From an uncultured Candidatus Babeliaceae bacterium (GTDB lineage: Bacteria > Babelota > Babeliae > Babelales > Babelaceae): 64,000 nt of DNA. The notes beneath the pieces are model-generated. The model made no database searches. It saw only the letters and a program-made list of their open reading frames with translations, and was not told the DNA's origin. The stretch covers positions 640,001 to 704,000 of the forward strand of contig OY969927.1 in assembly GCA_963704655.1 (NCBI GenBank), given 5' to 3'. Shown in pieces: positions 9,904-21,403 of the stretch. The position numbers and the translations under genes are program-made. The first letter of the stretch is position 1. Each line of letters starts with the position of its first letter.

Positions 9904-10857
9904 ATGAAAAAATTGATCATTTTTACCACATCGTTAACACTTTATGTACATATAGAAGCTTCATACCTGCACAAGGGGCTCAAAGCCTTAGTGCCAGTTA
10001 CGGCAGCATATGCAACCTTCGGTTTGTATAATGATATAAAGGCGGCACATAAATCTGAAAAAGTTACTGAAGAATTTCATAAAAAAACTATTGATAACTC
10101 TATAGTTCTTGGGCAAAAAAAAGAGGCTCTTTTAAGAAATTATCTGCCGAACTATCATGCAGAAAAACCTTTAAAATTTGGCATAACCAACGATGACAAC
10201 TTAGCCTACAGTGCTGCAGCTATACAAAACCATGAAGGTAACAACTATCTCGTTATGCATCCAGGCATTATACCAAACCTACTTCCTGCCCGTACTGAAC
10301 TTTCTTATGATGAATATCGCTCAAAGGTTCAGAGCTTTATTGAGGATATGCCAGATGAATTTTTTTTAGAACAGATTAGAAAAAATAAACTTCTTTTTGA
10401 ACATGAAATAGACCATTTAAACCATGAAGATGGCCCTCATGTTTTAAAATTTCAACTGCAAAAAGCTTACTTAAATAGTTCGCTCGCAACTCTTATTAAT
10501 GGGTATATCCTAAGAAACACTTTTACAAAAAATAACTCTAAATTAGCTCTTTTAGGCAATACCTTTAAAATAATGGCCTGCTTTGTTGCATCCAGAATTG
10601 AACGTCATTATGAAATGAGAAAATTTCAGCAATCATATGAAGCACGTGCTGATGATTCAGCCATCAAAAATGCACAGACGGTCGATGAGCTAAAGGATTA
10701 TAAAAAATGGCAGGAATTCTTTATTCCTTTTGAAAATCCTGAGTTAAAGGAAATGCCTGAATTATTAAAAAATATAGCTCAAAGTTTTAAAACACATCCT
10801 TCAACGGCATCACGTATTGAAAAAATACAAAAAGCTATCGACAACTGGAAAAATTAA
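9904..10857 (+). CDS. M48-family zinc metallopeptidase, secreted/membrane
   Basis: HEIDH (HExxH), EARAD, THPSTASRI. Confidence 0.8.
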   Translation: MKKLIIFTTSLTLYVHIEASYLHKGLKALVPVTAAYATFGLYNDIKAAHKSEKVTEEFHKKTIDNSIVLGQKKEALLRNYLPNYHAEKPLKFGITNDDNLAYSAAAIQNHEGNNYLVMHPGIIPNLLPARTELSYDEYRSKVQSFIEDMPDEFFLEQIRKNKLLFEHEIDHLNHEDGPHVLKFQLQKAYLNSSLATLINGYILRNTFTKNNSKLALLGNTFKIMACFVASRIERHYEMRKFQQSYEARADDSAIKNAQTVDELKDYKKWQEFFIPFENPELKEMPELLKNIAQSFKTHPSTASRIEKIQKAIDNWKN

Positions 10858-10875
10858 TAAAAATTATATTATCTT

Positions 10876-10913
10876 AAATAAAAAGGGCTGCAAATCCGCA
10901 GCCTTTTTATTTA
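10876..10913 (+). terminator. Intrinsic terminator
   Basis: aaaaagGGCTGC-aaatcc-GCAGCCttttt. Confidence 0.7.
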
Positions 10914-11042
10914 CTTACTCATTTCAAACTACATTGACTTCATTCTACTTGGTATGTAGAACTGCTTGAAAAATATATTTAAACGCTTACACTTTCATAG
11001 GCAAAATATCTGCTTAAACTTTAATAATAATTGGATTTTATT

Positions 11043-11495
11043 ATGATAAACGAAAAAAGAGCTCTAGCTTTAACACTTTTAATAGTTATCTTTGGTGCGG
11101 CGAAAGCTGACAATAATACTGAAGCGGCTCAAAATATTCACTACGCCCGTAATACTGAACAGTTTCTTAAAGGGCTTAAACCTGATCTTCATAAAGCTCG
11201 TGCTCATGACTGTGAGGGTTCACCCTTATGCACACAGGGAATGTTAGAACAACTCCAACATCTTTTAGCCCTTTGTATAGGCTACCAGAAAGAGATTCAA
11301 GATAAACCCGATTGTCAGCCCTACAAAGAGAAATTCGCAACATTAATGACTGAAATTGAGCAGGAAATTGCTCGTAGAAATAAAGAAATAGTAGCGAATT
11401 TAGTTGATGAAATAAGCAGAAAACCAGGATCTGTCTCTCAATTCCTTGAAGATAATTATGATGATTTTGAAAAACGCTTTGCAAATCAACAATAA
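11043..11495 (+). CDS. Secreted hypothetical protein
   Basis: ALALTLLIVIFGAAKA signal peptide. Confidence 0.7.
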   Translation: MINEKRALALTLLIVIFGAAKADNNTEAAQNIHYARNTEQFLKGLKPDLHKARAHDCEGSPLCTQGMLEQLQHLLALCIGYQKEIQDKPDCQPYKEKFATLMTEIEQEIARRNKEIVANLVDEISRKPGSVSQFLEDNYDDFEKRFANQQ

Positions 11496-11500
11496 TAATG

Positions 11501-11526
11501 AGGGCCTCTTACGAGGCCCTTTTTTT
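11501..11526. terminator. Intrinsic terminator between convergent genes
   Basis: AGGGCCTC-ttac-GAGGCCCT followed by T-run. Confidence 0.75.
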
Positions 11527-11608
11527 AACTTACTTCGTATTTAGAGCGGTGCTCTTGCAACAATAGCAAGCATTAAAAATATTTTTTTCATAAGATTATC
11601 TTTCTTAT

Positions 11609-13077
<1,469 letters not shown>

Positions 13078-13092
13078 ATCAATCTAATAAAG

Positions 13093-14316
13093 TTATTTAT
13101 ATAAAGCATGAAGTGCTTTACCAAAAGCGTCAATATCATGCATAGTAGTATATGCATGGAAACTTGCTCTAACTGAAGCTGCAATACCAAAACGTTCATG
13201 AATCGGCTGTGCACAATGATGCCCGGCACGAACTGCGATATCATATTGGCTCAGCCAAGCGGCGATATCATGCGCATGGAATTTTTTGCTATAAAAAGAC
13301 ACTATGTGGTTATACACTTTTTGAGGATATTCTGGTTGCATAATAATAATATCATCATGCTCTTTTAAATGCGCCTTAAGCGCATGTGCAAGTGTGTCTT
13401 CATGCTCAGCAAGTTTTGTAAATTTAATATTTTGTTTAAAATAGTTAATTGCGGCATGCAGACCAATAGCTTGTGCAATCGGCGGAGTTCCCGCTTCTAG
13501 TCTATACGGCATCTCTTTCCACTGGATACAATCAAGTTGCGCGCACTTTATATGCGCACTGTGCACCATGCCACCGCCGATACGATACACACCGAGTTCA
13601 GAAAATCTATTTTTATTAATATACAGTACACCGATTCCTGTTGGGGCAAAAAGTTTATGCCCAGAAAAGGCAAGAAAATCTGCACCGAGTGTTTGTACAT
13701 CAATAGGCATGTGCCCAACAGCTTGAGCAGCATCAAGTAATATGCGTGCACCGACTTCATGCGCGCTTGTACGAATGGCATGTATAACTTCTAAGGGATA
13801 GTTTCCAAAAAGATGTGAGCTTAATGCATAGGTAACTAATTTTGTCTTTGGGGTAATTTTTTGTAAAAAGTCTTGTATATCAAGCTTAAAATCTTGCTTA
13901 ATCTTTACAAAATTTAATACTGCACCATGCGTTGCGGCTAGCTGGTGCCACGGGAGCAAGTTACTGTGATGTTCAGATTCTGGAAGCACAATCTCGTCGC
14001 CTGCTTTTAGATTACGTGCGGCCCATGCGCCGGCAACGATATTAATGCTATCTGTTGTCCCTGAGGTAAAAACAATTTCTTGTGGATCTGCATTAATAAA
14101 ATCTGCGACGGCTATGCGCGCATCTTCAAACTGCTGCGTTGCTGATTCTGCAAGCACGTAAATGCCACGATGAACCGGTGCGTTACTTTTTTGGTAAAAA
14201 TCAGTAATCGCTGTTATGACGGCATCAGGCTTCTGTGAAGTTGCTGCTGAATCCAAATAGACTATGCCCGAATTGCGCAGTAACGGAAAATCTTGTTTTA
14301 TTTGTAAGGTATTCAT
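13093..14316 (-). CDS. sufS: SufS-type cysteine desulfurase (start at ATG 14316)
   Basis: YLDSAATSQKP, EHHSN, SGHK (PLP lysine), RAGHHCAQP. Confidence 0.95.
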   Translation of the reverse strand: MNTLQIKQDFPLLRNSGIVYLDSAATSQKPDAVITAITDFYQKSNAPVHRGIYVLAESATQQFEDARIAVADFINADPQEIVFTSGTTDSINIVAGAWAARNLKAGDEIVLPESEHHSNLLPWHQLAATHGAVLNFVKIKQDFKLDIQDFLQKITPKTKLVTYALSSHLFGNYPLEVIHAIRTSAHEVGARILLDAAQAVGHMPIDVQTLGADFLAFSGHKLFAPTGIGVLYINKNRFSELGVYRIGGGMVHSAHIKCAQLDCIQWKEMPYRLEAGTPPIAQAIGLHAAINYFKQNIKFTKLAEHEDTLAHALKAHLKEHDDIIIMQPEYPQKVYNHIVSFYSKKFHAHDIAAWLSQYDIAVRAGHHCAQPIHERFGIAASVRASFHAYTTMHDIDAFGKALHALYK

Positions 14317-14368
14317 AAAATAAAGCTTAGCCGAGTGAGCCATTTTCAGCAAGAGATAGCAAAATTAG

Positions 14369-15457
14369 CTAATTTCTATTTGCAGAGCCTGCTTGGGCAA
14401 TTTTACTTACTATTGTTGTCAAATTTGCTAATGATGCGCCATCATACGGAACAACAACAACATTGCCTTTACCCTGCCCAACATGCTCCAACGCCTCACA
14501 ATATTTTTGAGCAAGAAGAAATTCTGCCGGAGAAACCCCCGCACTTGCTATTGATTGTAAAGCTTGAGTCTCTGCTTGCCCTTTTAAAACGGTTGCGCGT
14601 GCAGCTGCTTCTGCGAGTTTAATGGTCGCCTCAGCTTGACCTGCAGCTTTTTGAATTGCAGATAGGCTCTCACCCTCTGCATCTAAGATCGCTGCGGCTC
14701 TTTTGCCTTCAGCTTCTAATATATTGGCTCGCTTTTGTCTTTCAGCTGACATTTGCGCTGCCATTGCCCGGGTGATATCTTCAGGCGGTGTAACTTCCTG
14801 TAACTCAACGCGCGTAATATCAGCTCCCCACCCTTGAGCAACATTCCCCAAAGCATTTCTTAAAGCAGTATTAATTTTGTCGCGAGAGGTTAATGTTTCA
14901 TCTAAATGCATTGCACCAACTTCATTGCGCAAATTTGTTTGAGTTATAGCTTCGATTGAATGGGGAAGATCCTGTATGGCATAGAGCGCCAACTTTGGAT
15001 CAGTTATTCTATAATAAACAAGCGCATCAATACTCATACGTACGTTATCACGCGTAATTACTCCTTGAGGAGGAAAGCTACAAACACGTTCACGCAAATC
15101 AAGACGATAGTCAGTTAAAATTTTTTCTTTTTGTGTTTTATCTGTCCAGGTAAAATCCCGAGGTACATCTATGAATGGCATTTTAACATGTAACCCGGGG
15201 GTCAATACCTTATGAAATTTTCCAAGACGTTCCAATGCTACAGCCTGTGCATTTTTTACAATTACCACAGGCCGTCCACTTTTTGTTGAAAGTAATAACG
15301 CAGCAGCTGTTGCAGCTATACATAAACCAACTTTATGATCTTCTATAAATTCAAGCGTAGTACTTTTTTCTGAGCCATAACCTGGTCCAGCAAATACTAT
15401 GCTTTGAGTTGATAATATCGTTAATACAGCTACTATTTTTTTATTCATAGAGATCAT
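14369..15457 (-). CDS. SPFH/stomatin (band 7) family protein with extra signal-like N-terminus
   Basis: ERLGKF, ITRDNV, LRNEVG, DETLTSRDKIN, AERQKRA. Confidence 0.9.
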   Translation of the reverse strand: MISMNKKIVAVLTILSTQSIVFAGPGYGSEKSTTLEFIEDHKVGLCIAATAAALLLSTKSGRPVVIVKNAQAVALERLGKFHKVLTPGLHVKMPFIDVPRDFTWTDKTQKEKILTDYRLDLRERVCSFPPQGVITRDNVRMSIDALVYYRITDPKLALYAIQDLPHSIEAITQTNLRNEVGAMHLDETLTSRDKINTALRNALGNVAQGWGADITRVELQEVTPPEDITRAMAAQMSAERQKRANILEAEGKRAAAILDAEGESLSAIQKAAGQAEATIKLAEAAARATVLKGQAETQALQSIASAGVSPAEFLLAQKYCEALEHVGQGKGNVVVVPYDGASLANLTTIVSKIAQAGSANRN

Positions 15458-15640
15458 AATTACCCTTTAGATGAACGTACGCACTATTGCGTAGCGAATA
15501 TACATCAAATTAAGAAAATACACAAAATAGAAAAATGGGAAATCTTGTTTTATTGCTCAAGGATTCAATAGAATAAAGCTTAACACGAAGTTATTATTAC
15601 GTGCTTATAAAAATTATGAGTAAGAAAGGCAGAGACAAGT

Positions 15641-16342
15641 ATGATAAAATATCCACTAGTATTAAGTCTATTAATAATATCGAGTCTACAGGGGATGCAA
15701 GCAGATGGAAAAGAATTTGGTCGCAAGCGTTCGGACAGTTTTTTACAACGCATACGTTCACTCACGTTAAATATTTCTCAATCTAACCAACGGGGGAGGC
15801 GGTCAGGTGAATTTCATGCACCAGGTTCAAGCAGTTCTGAGGCTGCAGGCAGTAGCATGAGCCCCCAAAGATCGGGAGCTCAATCACATGAATTTCATAC
15901 TCCAAGGGAAGCAACAAGCCCTCAAATTACGTCACCTAGACCATCAACATCGGAGCCTATGTCGCCTCGCAACCCTCAATCGCCAAGCGGACCAAAAGAA
16001 CGTGTCCTTACTCAATTTAATAACATAAGCAAATTATTTATTGCACGAGCATTAGCAACAAAGATAATTCACACCAAAAAAAGCTACGACCCCAACAACC
16101 CAAACCAAGTTGTGGTTACAGTAAAAACGGATGAAGATGCCCAGATGAGTATGCATTTTCCATGCTCTCACGAAACTGGCCTTGGCAGAATTAGTTATAG
16201 CTCAGAAGACATAATAGCTAACTTAGAAAAAGAGATAAGAATATATTCAGAACATCCACTTGAACTTCTTTATGAAGATGATAAGCCAATGGCACTTTCA
16301 CCAAAAGCAAAAGAGCGTGATATAAAATTTTTTGTAGAATAA
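15641..16342 (+). CDS. Secreted Ser/Pro-rich hypothetical protein
   Basis: Signal ending LQG|M, low-complexity region with many SP/TP motifs. Confidence 0.75.
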   Translation: MIKYPLVLSLLIISSLQGMQADGKEFGRKRSDSFLQRIRSLTLNISQSNQRGRRSGEFHAPGSSSSEAAGSSMSPQRSGAQSHEFHTPREATSPQITSPRPSTSEPMSPRNPQSPSGPKERVLTQFNNISKLFIARALATKIIHTKKSYDPNNPNQVVVTVKTDEDAQMSMHFPCSHETGLGRISYSSEDIIANLEKEIRIYSEHPLELLYEDDKPMALSPKAKERDIKFFVE

Positions 16343-16346
16343 AGCG

Positions 16347-16931
16347 CTAAAAAAAATCTTGTGCATCTTTTTGATTAAGCTCAGACAACAAGAAGCTTTT
16401 AACTAAGATATCTTGCGAATCGGCTGGCGCTATGCCACGTGAAGCAAGATATTCGATTAGGTTTGGGTTGATTCCGGCAATGGCGCTACCATGCTTGCAC
16501 TGCACATCATTTGTTAACACTTCTAGAGCAGGAACTGCTTGCGCTTGTGCCGTATGGCTCAGAAGTAATGTGTGACTTTTTTGTTCTGCACGGGTGTGGC
16601 GCGCCTGCGGGCCGACATATATTTTGCCCGAATAATTAAAATTACTTTGATCAAACAAAACGCCTTTAACCATAACAGAACTGCTGGTGTGCGGAGCATC
16701 ATGGTGCTGAAGAGTGGTTAATTTAAGAGTGTCATGATTTTTTTGCTTATGTATAATACGAATATCTGCATGAACACCGGGCTGCGTTACAATAACGCGC
16801 ACTTCAAGTTCTGCGCTGTCCGTATCATGCAAGAAAATATAGATCTGCATATCATGCGTAATAACAAATTCATGCACACCGGAGATATTGTGTAAAATAT
16901 TAGCCACGTTATTATCCATGTTATTATCCAA
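16347..16931 (-). CDS. sufD: Fe-S assembly protein SufD (short form)
   Basis: PALEVLTNDVQCKHGS, YLASRGI; downstream of sufB. Confidence 0.85.
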   Translation of the reverse strand: MDNNMDNNVANILHNISGVHEFVITHDMQIYIFLHDTDSAELEVRVIVTQPGVHADIRIIHKQKNHDTLKLTTLQHHDAPHTSSSVMVKGVLFDQSNFNYSGKIYVGPQARHTRAEQKSHTLLLSHTAQAQAVPALEVLTNDVQCKHGSAIAGINPNLIEYLASRGIAPADSQDILVKSFLLSELNQKDAQDFF

Positions 16932-18258
16932 TTGAGCCTTCCATGGTTGCAGAGATTAAACGGTTAATCTCAACGGCATATTCCATAGGCAACTGTTCAA
17001 CAAATGCACTGACAAAACCGCTCATAACAAGTCCAAGCGCCTGCTGACGGGTTAAACCACGGCTGCATAAATATTCAAGCTGCGCTTCTGAAATTTTACT
17101 TACTGAAGCCTCATGGCCAATATCAGCATCATGCGTAGCCACTGTAACTGTTGGGTAAGTATCTGAACGTGAATAATCATCAAGTAGTAATGCATCACAC
17201 TGAACGCGTGATTTAACATGATGCGCATTTTTTGTAACTTTGACTAATCCGCGATATGATGCGCGGCCACCCTTTTGAGAAATCGATTTGGAAACAATCG
17301 TTGAACTAGTGTGCGGGGCAAGATGTATCATCTTGGCACCAGCATCTTGGTGCTGATGCGCGCCAGCAACCGCAAGCGATAATACTTGGCCCTGCGCACC
17401 CGGTTCTTTAAGAACAACACACGGATACTTCATGGTAACTGCACTGCCAAAATTGCCATCAACCCATGAAACACGCGCATTACGGTATGCAACGGCACGC
17501 TTAGTTACTAAATTATACACATTAGGCGCCCAGTTTTGGATAGTGGTATACTGCACCTGGGAATTTTCAAGCGCAATAATTTCAACAACGGCACTATGCA
17601 GAGACGCGCGCGAATAGATTGGCGCACTACAGCCTTCAACATAATGAACTGATGAACCAACATCTGCAATAATAAGTGTTCGCTCGAATTGACCCATCTG
17701 CTGCTGATTAATCCTGAAGTATGCCTGTAATGGCATGGTAACCTGCACATGTGGAGGCACATAGACAAAACTGCCACCGGACCAGAATGCAGAATTAAGC
17801 GCTGCAAAGATATTGTCATGCGCGGGAATAACGGTAGAAAAATATTTTTTAACAAGCTCGGGGTGTTCACGTACGGCGGTCTCCATTGAACAAAAGATAA
17901 CGCCTTTGTCTGTCCATTCCTGTTTTAAACTTTTATAGATAACTTCAGATTCAAACTGCGCACCGACACCGGCCAAAAACTTTTGCTCTGCTTGAGGAAT
18001 TCCCAATGTTTCAAACGTATTTTTGATATCCTGGGGAACATCTTGCCATGAACGCTTTTCAGTAACAAGGGGCTTTACGTACATGGTGATATCGGCCAAA
18101 TCTAACCCACTTAAATCTGCTGCCCATGCGGGGATCTTTTTTTCATGAAATGTTGCCAAAGCTGAACAACGAAAATCGAGCATCCACGCAGGCTCTTGTT
18201 TTTCCTGCGAAATATTTTTTACTACGTCGGTGGTAAGGCAAGCGGCATTAAGCGTCAT
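16924..18258 (-). CDS. sufB: Fe-S assembly protein SufB
   Basis: GQFERTLII, YVEGCSAP, LHSAVVE, TMKYP, GHEASVSKI. Confidence 0.96.
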   Translation of the reverse strand: MTLNAACLTTDVVKNISQEKQEPAWMLDFRCSALATFHEKKIPAWAADLSGLDLADITMYVKPLVTEKRSWQDVPQDIKNTFETLGIPQAEQKFLAGVGAQFESEVIYKSLKQEWTDKGVIFCSMETAVREHPELVKKYFSTVIPAHDNIFAALNSAFWSGGSFVYVPPHVQVTMPLQAYFRINQQQMGQFERTLIIADVGSSVHYVEGCSAPIYSRASLHSAVVEIIALENSQVQYTTIQNWAPNVYNLVTKRAVAYRNARVSWVDGNFGSAVTMKYPCVVLKEPGAQGQVLSLAVAGAHQHQDAGAKMIHLAPHTSSTIVSKSISQKGGRASYRGLVKVTKNAHHVKSRVQCDALLLDDYSRSDTYPTVTVATHDADIGHEASVSKISEAQLEYLCSRGLTRQQALGLVMSGFVSAFVEQLPMEYAVEINRLISATMEGSIG

Positions 18259-18926
18259 ACGAGCTTACCTGCAGACATGGTTAATTGCAGATCAGCATCA
18301 AACTGTTCTGCTAAACTAACATTATGGGTAATTATGATAATAAGGGCTTTAGGGTGATCTACACGGTATTGCTTTATAACGGTAATAAGTGCAGCAACAC
18401 CTTGCGCATCCAAACCAGAATCCGGTTCATCAAGAATAATAATTTTGGGCTCAAGGACAAGCATCTGAACAAGCTCGAATCTCTTTTTTTGCCCACCAGA
18501 AAAGCCTTCATGCACATTACGGGCACAATACTCTTTAGGTAGGCCCACTAATTCAAAAGCATTTTCGATTTTTTCATTAATATCTTGAATAGATATTTCC
18601 CGCTCAGGATGGCAAGAACGATAGGCATGCTGCAAAAAAGTGGTAATCGGCAACCCAGGAACTTCTATTGGGTGCTGAAACCCAAGGAATATCCCCGCTT
18701 GAGCACGTTTTTCAACTGATAAATCAAATATACTGTTGCCATCAAGTAAAATTTCGCCAGAACAGGCATAGCCAGAAAGACCCATTAAAGCTGAGGCAAA
18801 AGTACTTTTGCCTGAACCATTATCACCAGTGATAACAACAAGCTGACAAGAGTTAAAAACAATTGAAATATCCCGCACAATAGGCGTTGACTGCACAAAG
18901 ACAGAAAAATTTTTCAGAAAAAGCAT
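18255..18926 (-). CDS. sufC: Fe-S assembly ATPase SufC
   Basis: GDNGSGKST, FQHPIEVPG, GFSGGQKKR, LDEPDSGLD. Confidence 0.93.
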   Translation of the reverse strand: MLFLKNFSVFVQSTPIVRDISIVFNSCQLVVITGDNGSGKSTFASALMGLSGYACSGEILLDGNSIFDLSVEKRAQAGIFLGFQHPIEVPGLPITTFLQHAYRSCHPEREISIQDINEKIENAFELVGLPKEYCARNVHEGFSGGQKKRFELVQMLVLEPKIIILDEPDSGLDAQGVAALITVIKQYRVDHPKALIIIITHNVSLAEQFDADLQLTMSAGKLV

Positions 18927-19013
18927 GAAGAAACTTTAAAACTATTATTATGTATTTTGCTTATTTATACTTTAAGAATAGCAAAAAGAGCGCATAATAA
19001 CAAAAAGTTATCT

Positions 19014-19042
19014 TTGACAGCATGTAAATTCTATTATACAAT
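19014..19042 (+). promoter_or_regulatory. Sigma70-type promoter
   Basis: TTGACA-17 bp-TACAAT upstream of ATG 19071. Confidence 0.6.
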
Positions 19043-19070
19043 TTATAACAGTTGTTATATCAAGGTTTTT

Positions 19071-20336
19071 ATGAAGCGCTTACTTAAATTTTCTCTTTTT
19101 TCTCTTATTTTTTTTGTTACTGGAACAACTACTGCTCAAGAATCGCAGCATGCTCTAAACGCAACGCAAAGCATTGTAACAGCACGTGTCTTTATTCATG
19201 GCACCGTGCTTGCCGGCTGTTTTTTTATCGATATCCCCGCAAGCTGGCGCGATCAATATCGTGAAAACTCACTCATTGAACGAGCGATGGCTTCAGCGCG
19301 TAAACACCCATTTTTACACCATTCAGAAATTGTGCTTGATCTTGGTATTACCGATATAACCAAAGAAATTATGGTGCCCCTATCACATCCTTTAATCGAC
19401 GAAAAAGCGGCCATTTCGATTATACGAACCTTTGAACGAACAGATCGCTGTGTCAGCAACCGACACGGTGCATACCATTATTATACTTTTGGCTGGTCAG
19501 GCGCATTAAGTGAACGTAAACGCAATAAAGAATCTGGATATCTTTATGAAAGTCTGCTTGAAATAAAAAATAACTTACAACAAGAATACCCGAATGCACA
19601 CATTAGATTTGAGCTCTATGCACATAGTCATGGCGGCCAGCTCATAGCGCATTTACCGATCGTTCACAAACAATTCCCTCACCATGACCTGCATATTGAC
19701 CTTGCAGTTTTGTGCGCAACGCCATTATATAAAGAAAAAATGCAACCGATGATTAGTTCGTCTATGTTTGGCACGATAGTAAATCTCTATTCATGTGGCG
19801 ACAAAGTGCAAAATCTTGATATTATTTCAACACCCCAACATTACTGTGTCAGAAGTCTTCAAGAATTGGCGATACCATTGCCAACACATGATAAAAATGG
19901 CCCACGCGTTCTTGATGTCTGCTTATCGGTGCATCATAACCCATATGTCTTTAGCCATGAAAGTTTTTTCTGCTGCACAACCTATCCGTTACCAAGCCAT
20001 TACCGCAAACGGTCACATATCCGTAAAGCGCTTAACCTTTTTTCACCACTACCGGTTTTAGTACTGTATCCTGCCTGTATTACCAGCATTGAATCACTTA
20101 ATCTTGCGCCAGGGTTCCATAGTATTATTATGAATCTTGAACATAAACATACCAACCATCTTGCGCTCTCGACGCATCACAAAAAAGCATCAAAAGAAGT
20201 TGCAACATTACGTGATATACGGCACTATAAAATTCAGCCATTAAGTTGTGATTTTTTAAAAGAGTATGGCTACCGTGCCCGCACAAGTAGAAGCAACCAA
20301 CTTAAATATACTTTTTATCATATTATGCATAGTTAA
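19071..20336 (+). CDS. Secreted alpha/beta-hydrolase-like protein
   Basis: Signal peptide, FIHGT, FGWSG, AHSHGG nucleophile elbow. Confidence 0.7.
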   Translation: MKRLLKFSLFSLIFFVTGTTTAQESQHALNATQSIVTARVFIHGTVLAGCFFIDIPASWRDQYRENSLIERAMASARKHPFLHHSEIVLDLGITDITKEIMVPLSHPLIDEKAAISIIRTFERTDRCVSNRHGAYHYYTFGWSGALSERKRNKESGYLYESLLEIKNNLQQEYPNAHIRFELYAHSHGGQLIAHLPIVHKQFPHHDLHIDLAVLCATPLYKEKMQPMISSSMFGTIVNLYSCGDKVQNLDIISTPQHYCVRSLQELAIPLPTHDKNGPRVLDVCLSVHHNPYVFSHESFFCCTTYPLPSHYRKRSHIRKALNLFSPLPVLVLYPACITSIESLNLAPGFHSIIMNLEHKHTNHLALSTHHKKASKEVATLRDIRHYKIQPLSCDFLKEYGYRARTSRSNQLKYTFYHIMHS

Positions 20337-20353
20337 AGACAGAAGGTTTTTTC

Positions 20354-21232
20354 ATGAATAAAAGAATTGCGATTCCAACACTATTTCTAGCTCTTACAAG
20401 CTTTGCATTATTGGTAATGCATAATCCATTTCACGCAAAAGCATATTATGAGCCTTTCCATATTGATGGGGAAATTTCGCAAAGTGCAAAAAATATCTTT
20501 GCAAAACTGCATGAAAATATTACAACATTAAAAGAGGCAAATAACTTTGCACAAAAAAATCTTCTTCGTACCGGTGAACGTTGGGATAAACAACAAGAAA
20601 CTCCCGTGCACCAAAGCATAAAAGAGAATCGTTCTGAAATTATCCAAGATCTCAAAACTCTTAAAATGATTGATGAGATCAAACCTGAAAAAAAACATTA
20701 TACGTATGCAGGCCTTATGGGTGCGCTTGAAGAACGCGTAACTTATCGCATGAACTATCTTCAGGAACTCATTGATGCTGGTTACACTTTTGATTATATT
20801 GTTCTACTTGGCGGCGCACGCCCATTACAAGAAAAAGAAAAAGCCAATCTTCCAGAAAATGTTACCACTGAAGCTGAAATGATGGCTTATCTGTTTAATA
20901 ATTCAAAACTTAAAGACAATAAGATGATACTTGTCGTCGCACCAATGGTACAAAAAGCAGATGGCACACTTGCACGCCCTAATACTGATGACACCCTTGT
21001 CTATTTTGCGCAAACTGCACCACAAGACGGCTCATTTTTAGTTATATCAAATAATCCATATATTTTACGCCAAACAAAAGTAGCACAACGAATCTTGGAT
21101 CAAAAAAGATTTCCTGTTGAAGGCATTGGCAAAAAAGCTGACGAGCAAGAGATCGATATTATTATGGTCATGGACGAATTCGCCCGTACACTTTACGAAG
21201 AGTTTAAACAATTTACTGCACAAACTGCATAA
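20354..21232 (+). CDS. Hypothetical exported protein, possibly YdcF/DUF218-like
   Basis: VLLGGAR, TEAEMM, RPNTDDT, VISNNPY motifs; N-terminal hydrophobic helix. Confidence 0.55.
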   Translation: MNKRIAIPTLFLALTSFALLVMHNPFHAKAYYEPFHIDGEISQSAKNIFAKLHENITTLKEANNFAQKNLLRTGERWDKQQETPVHQSIKENRSEIIQDLKTLKMIDEIKPEKKHYTYAGLMGALEERVTYRMNYLQELIDAGYTFDYIVLLGGARPLQEKEKANLPENVTTEAEMMAYLFNNSKLKDNKMILVVAPMVQKADGTLARPNTDDTLVYFAQTAPQDGSFLVISNNPYILRQTKVAQRILDQKRFPVEGIGKKADEQEIDIIMVMDEFARTLYEEFKQFTAQTA

Positions 21233-21248
21233 AGACAGAATGTCTCCA

Positions 21249-21277
21249 AAGGGCCACCTTAACTGGTGGCCTTTTTC
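21249..21277 (+). terminator. Intrinsic terminator
   Basis: GGCCACC-ttaact-GGTGGCC followed by T-run. Confidence 0.7.
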
Positions 21278-21403
21278 ATATAAACCAATATCGAATACCC
21301 GCACCTTGTCATGCTGTACTTAATTCAGCATCCATCTAATTGTCCTATTTATTGCAATATTAATATTCTATTTGATAATATTAATATTAATTGAGTTAGT
21401 TTT

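Noticed and set aside
15475-15498. Hairpin TACGCA-ctat-TGCGTA sharing 12 nt with the 62715 leader
   Set aside because: Short match in opposite functional orientation; likely coincidental
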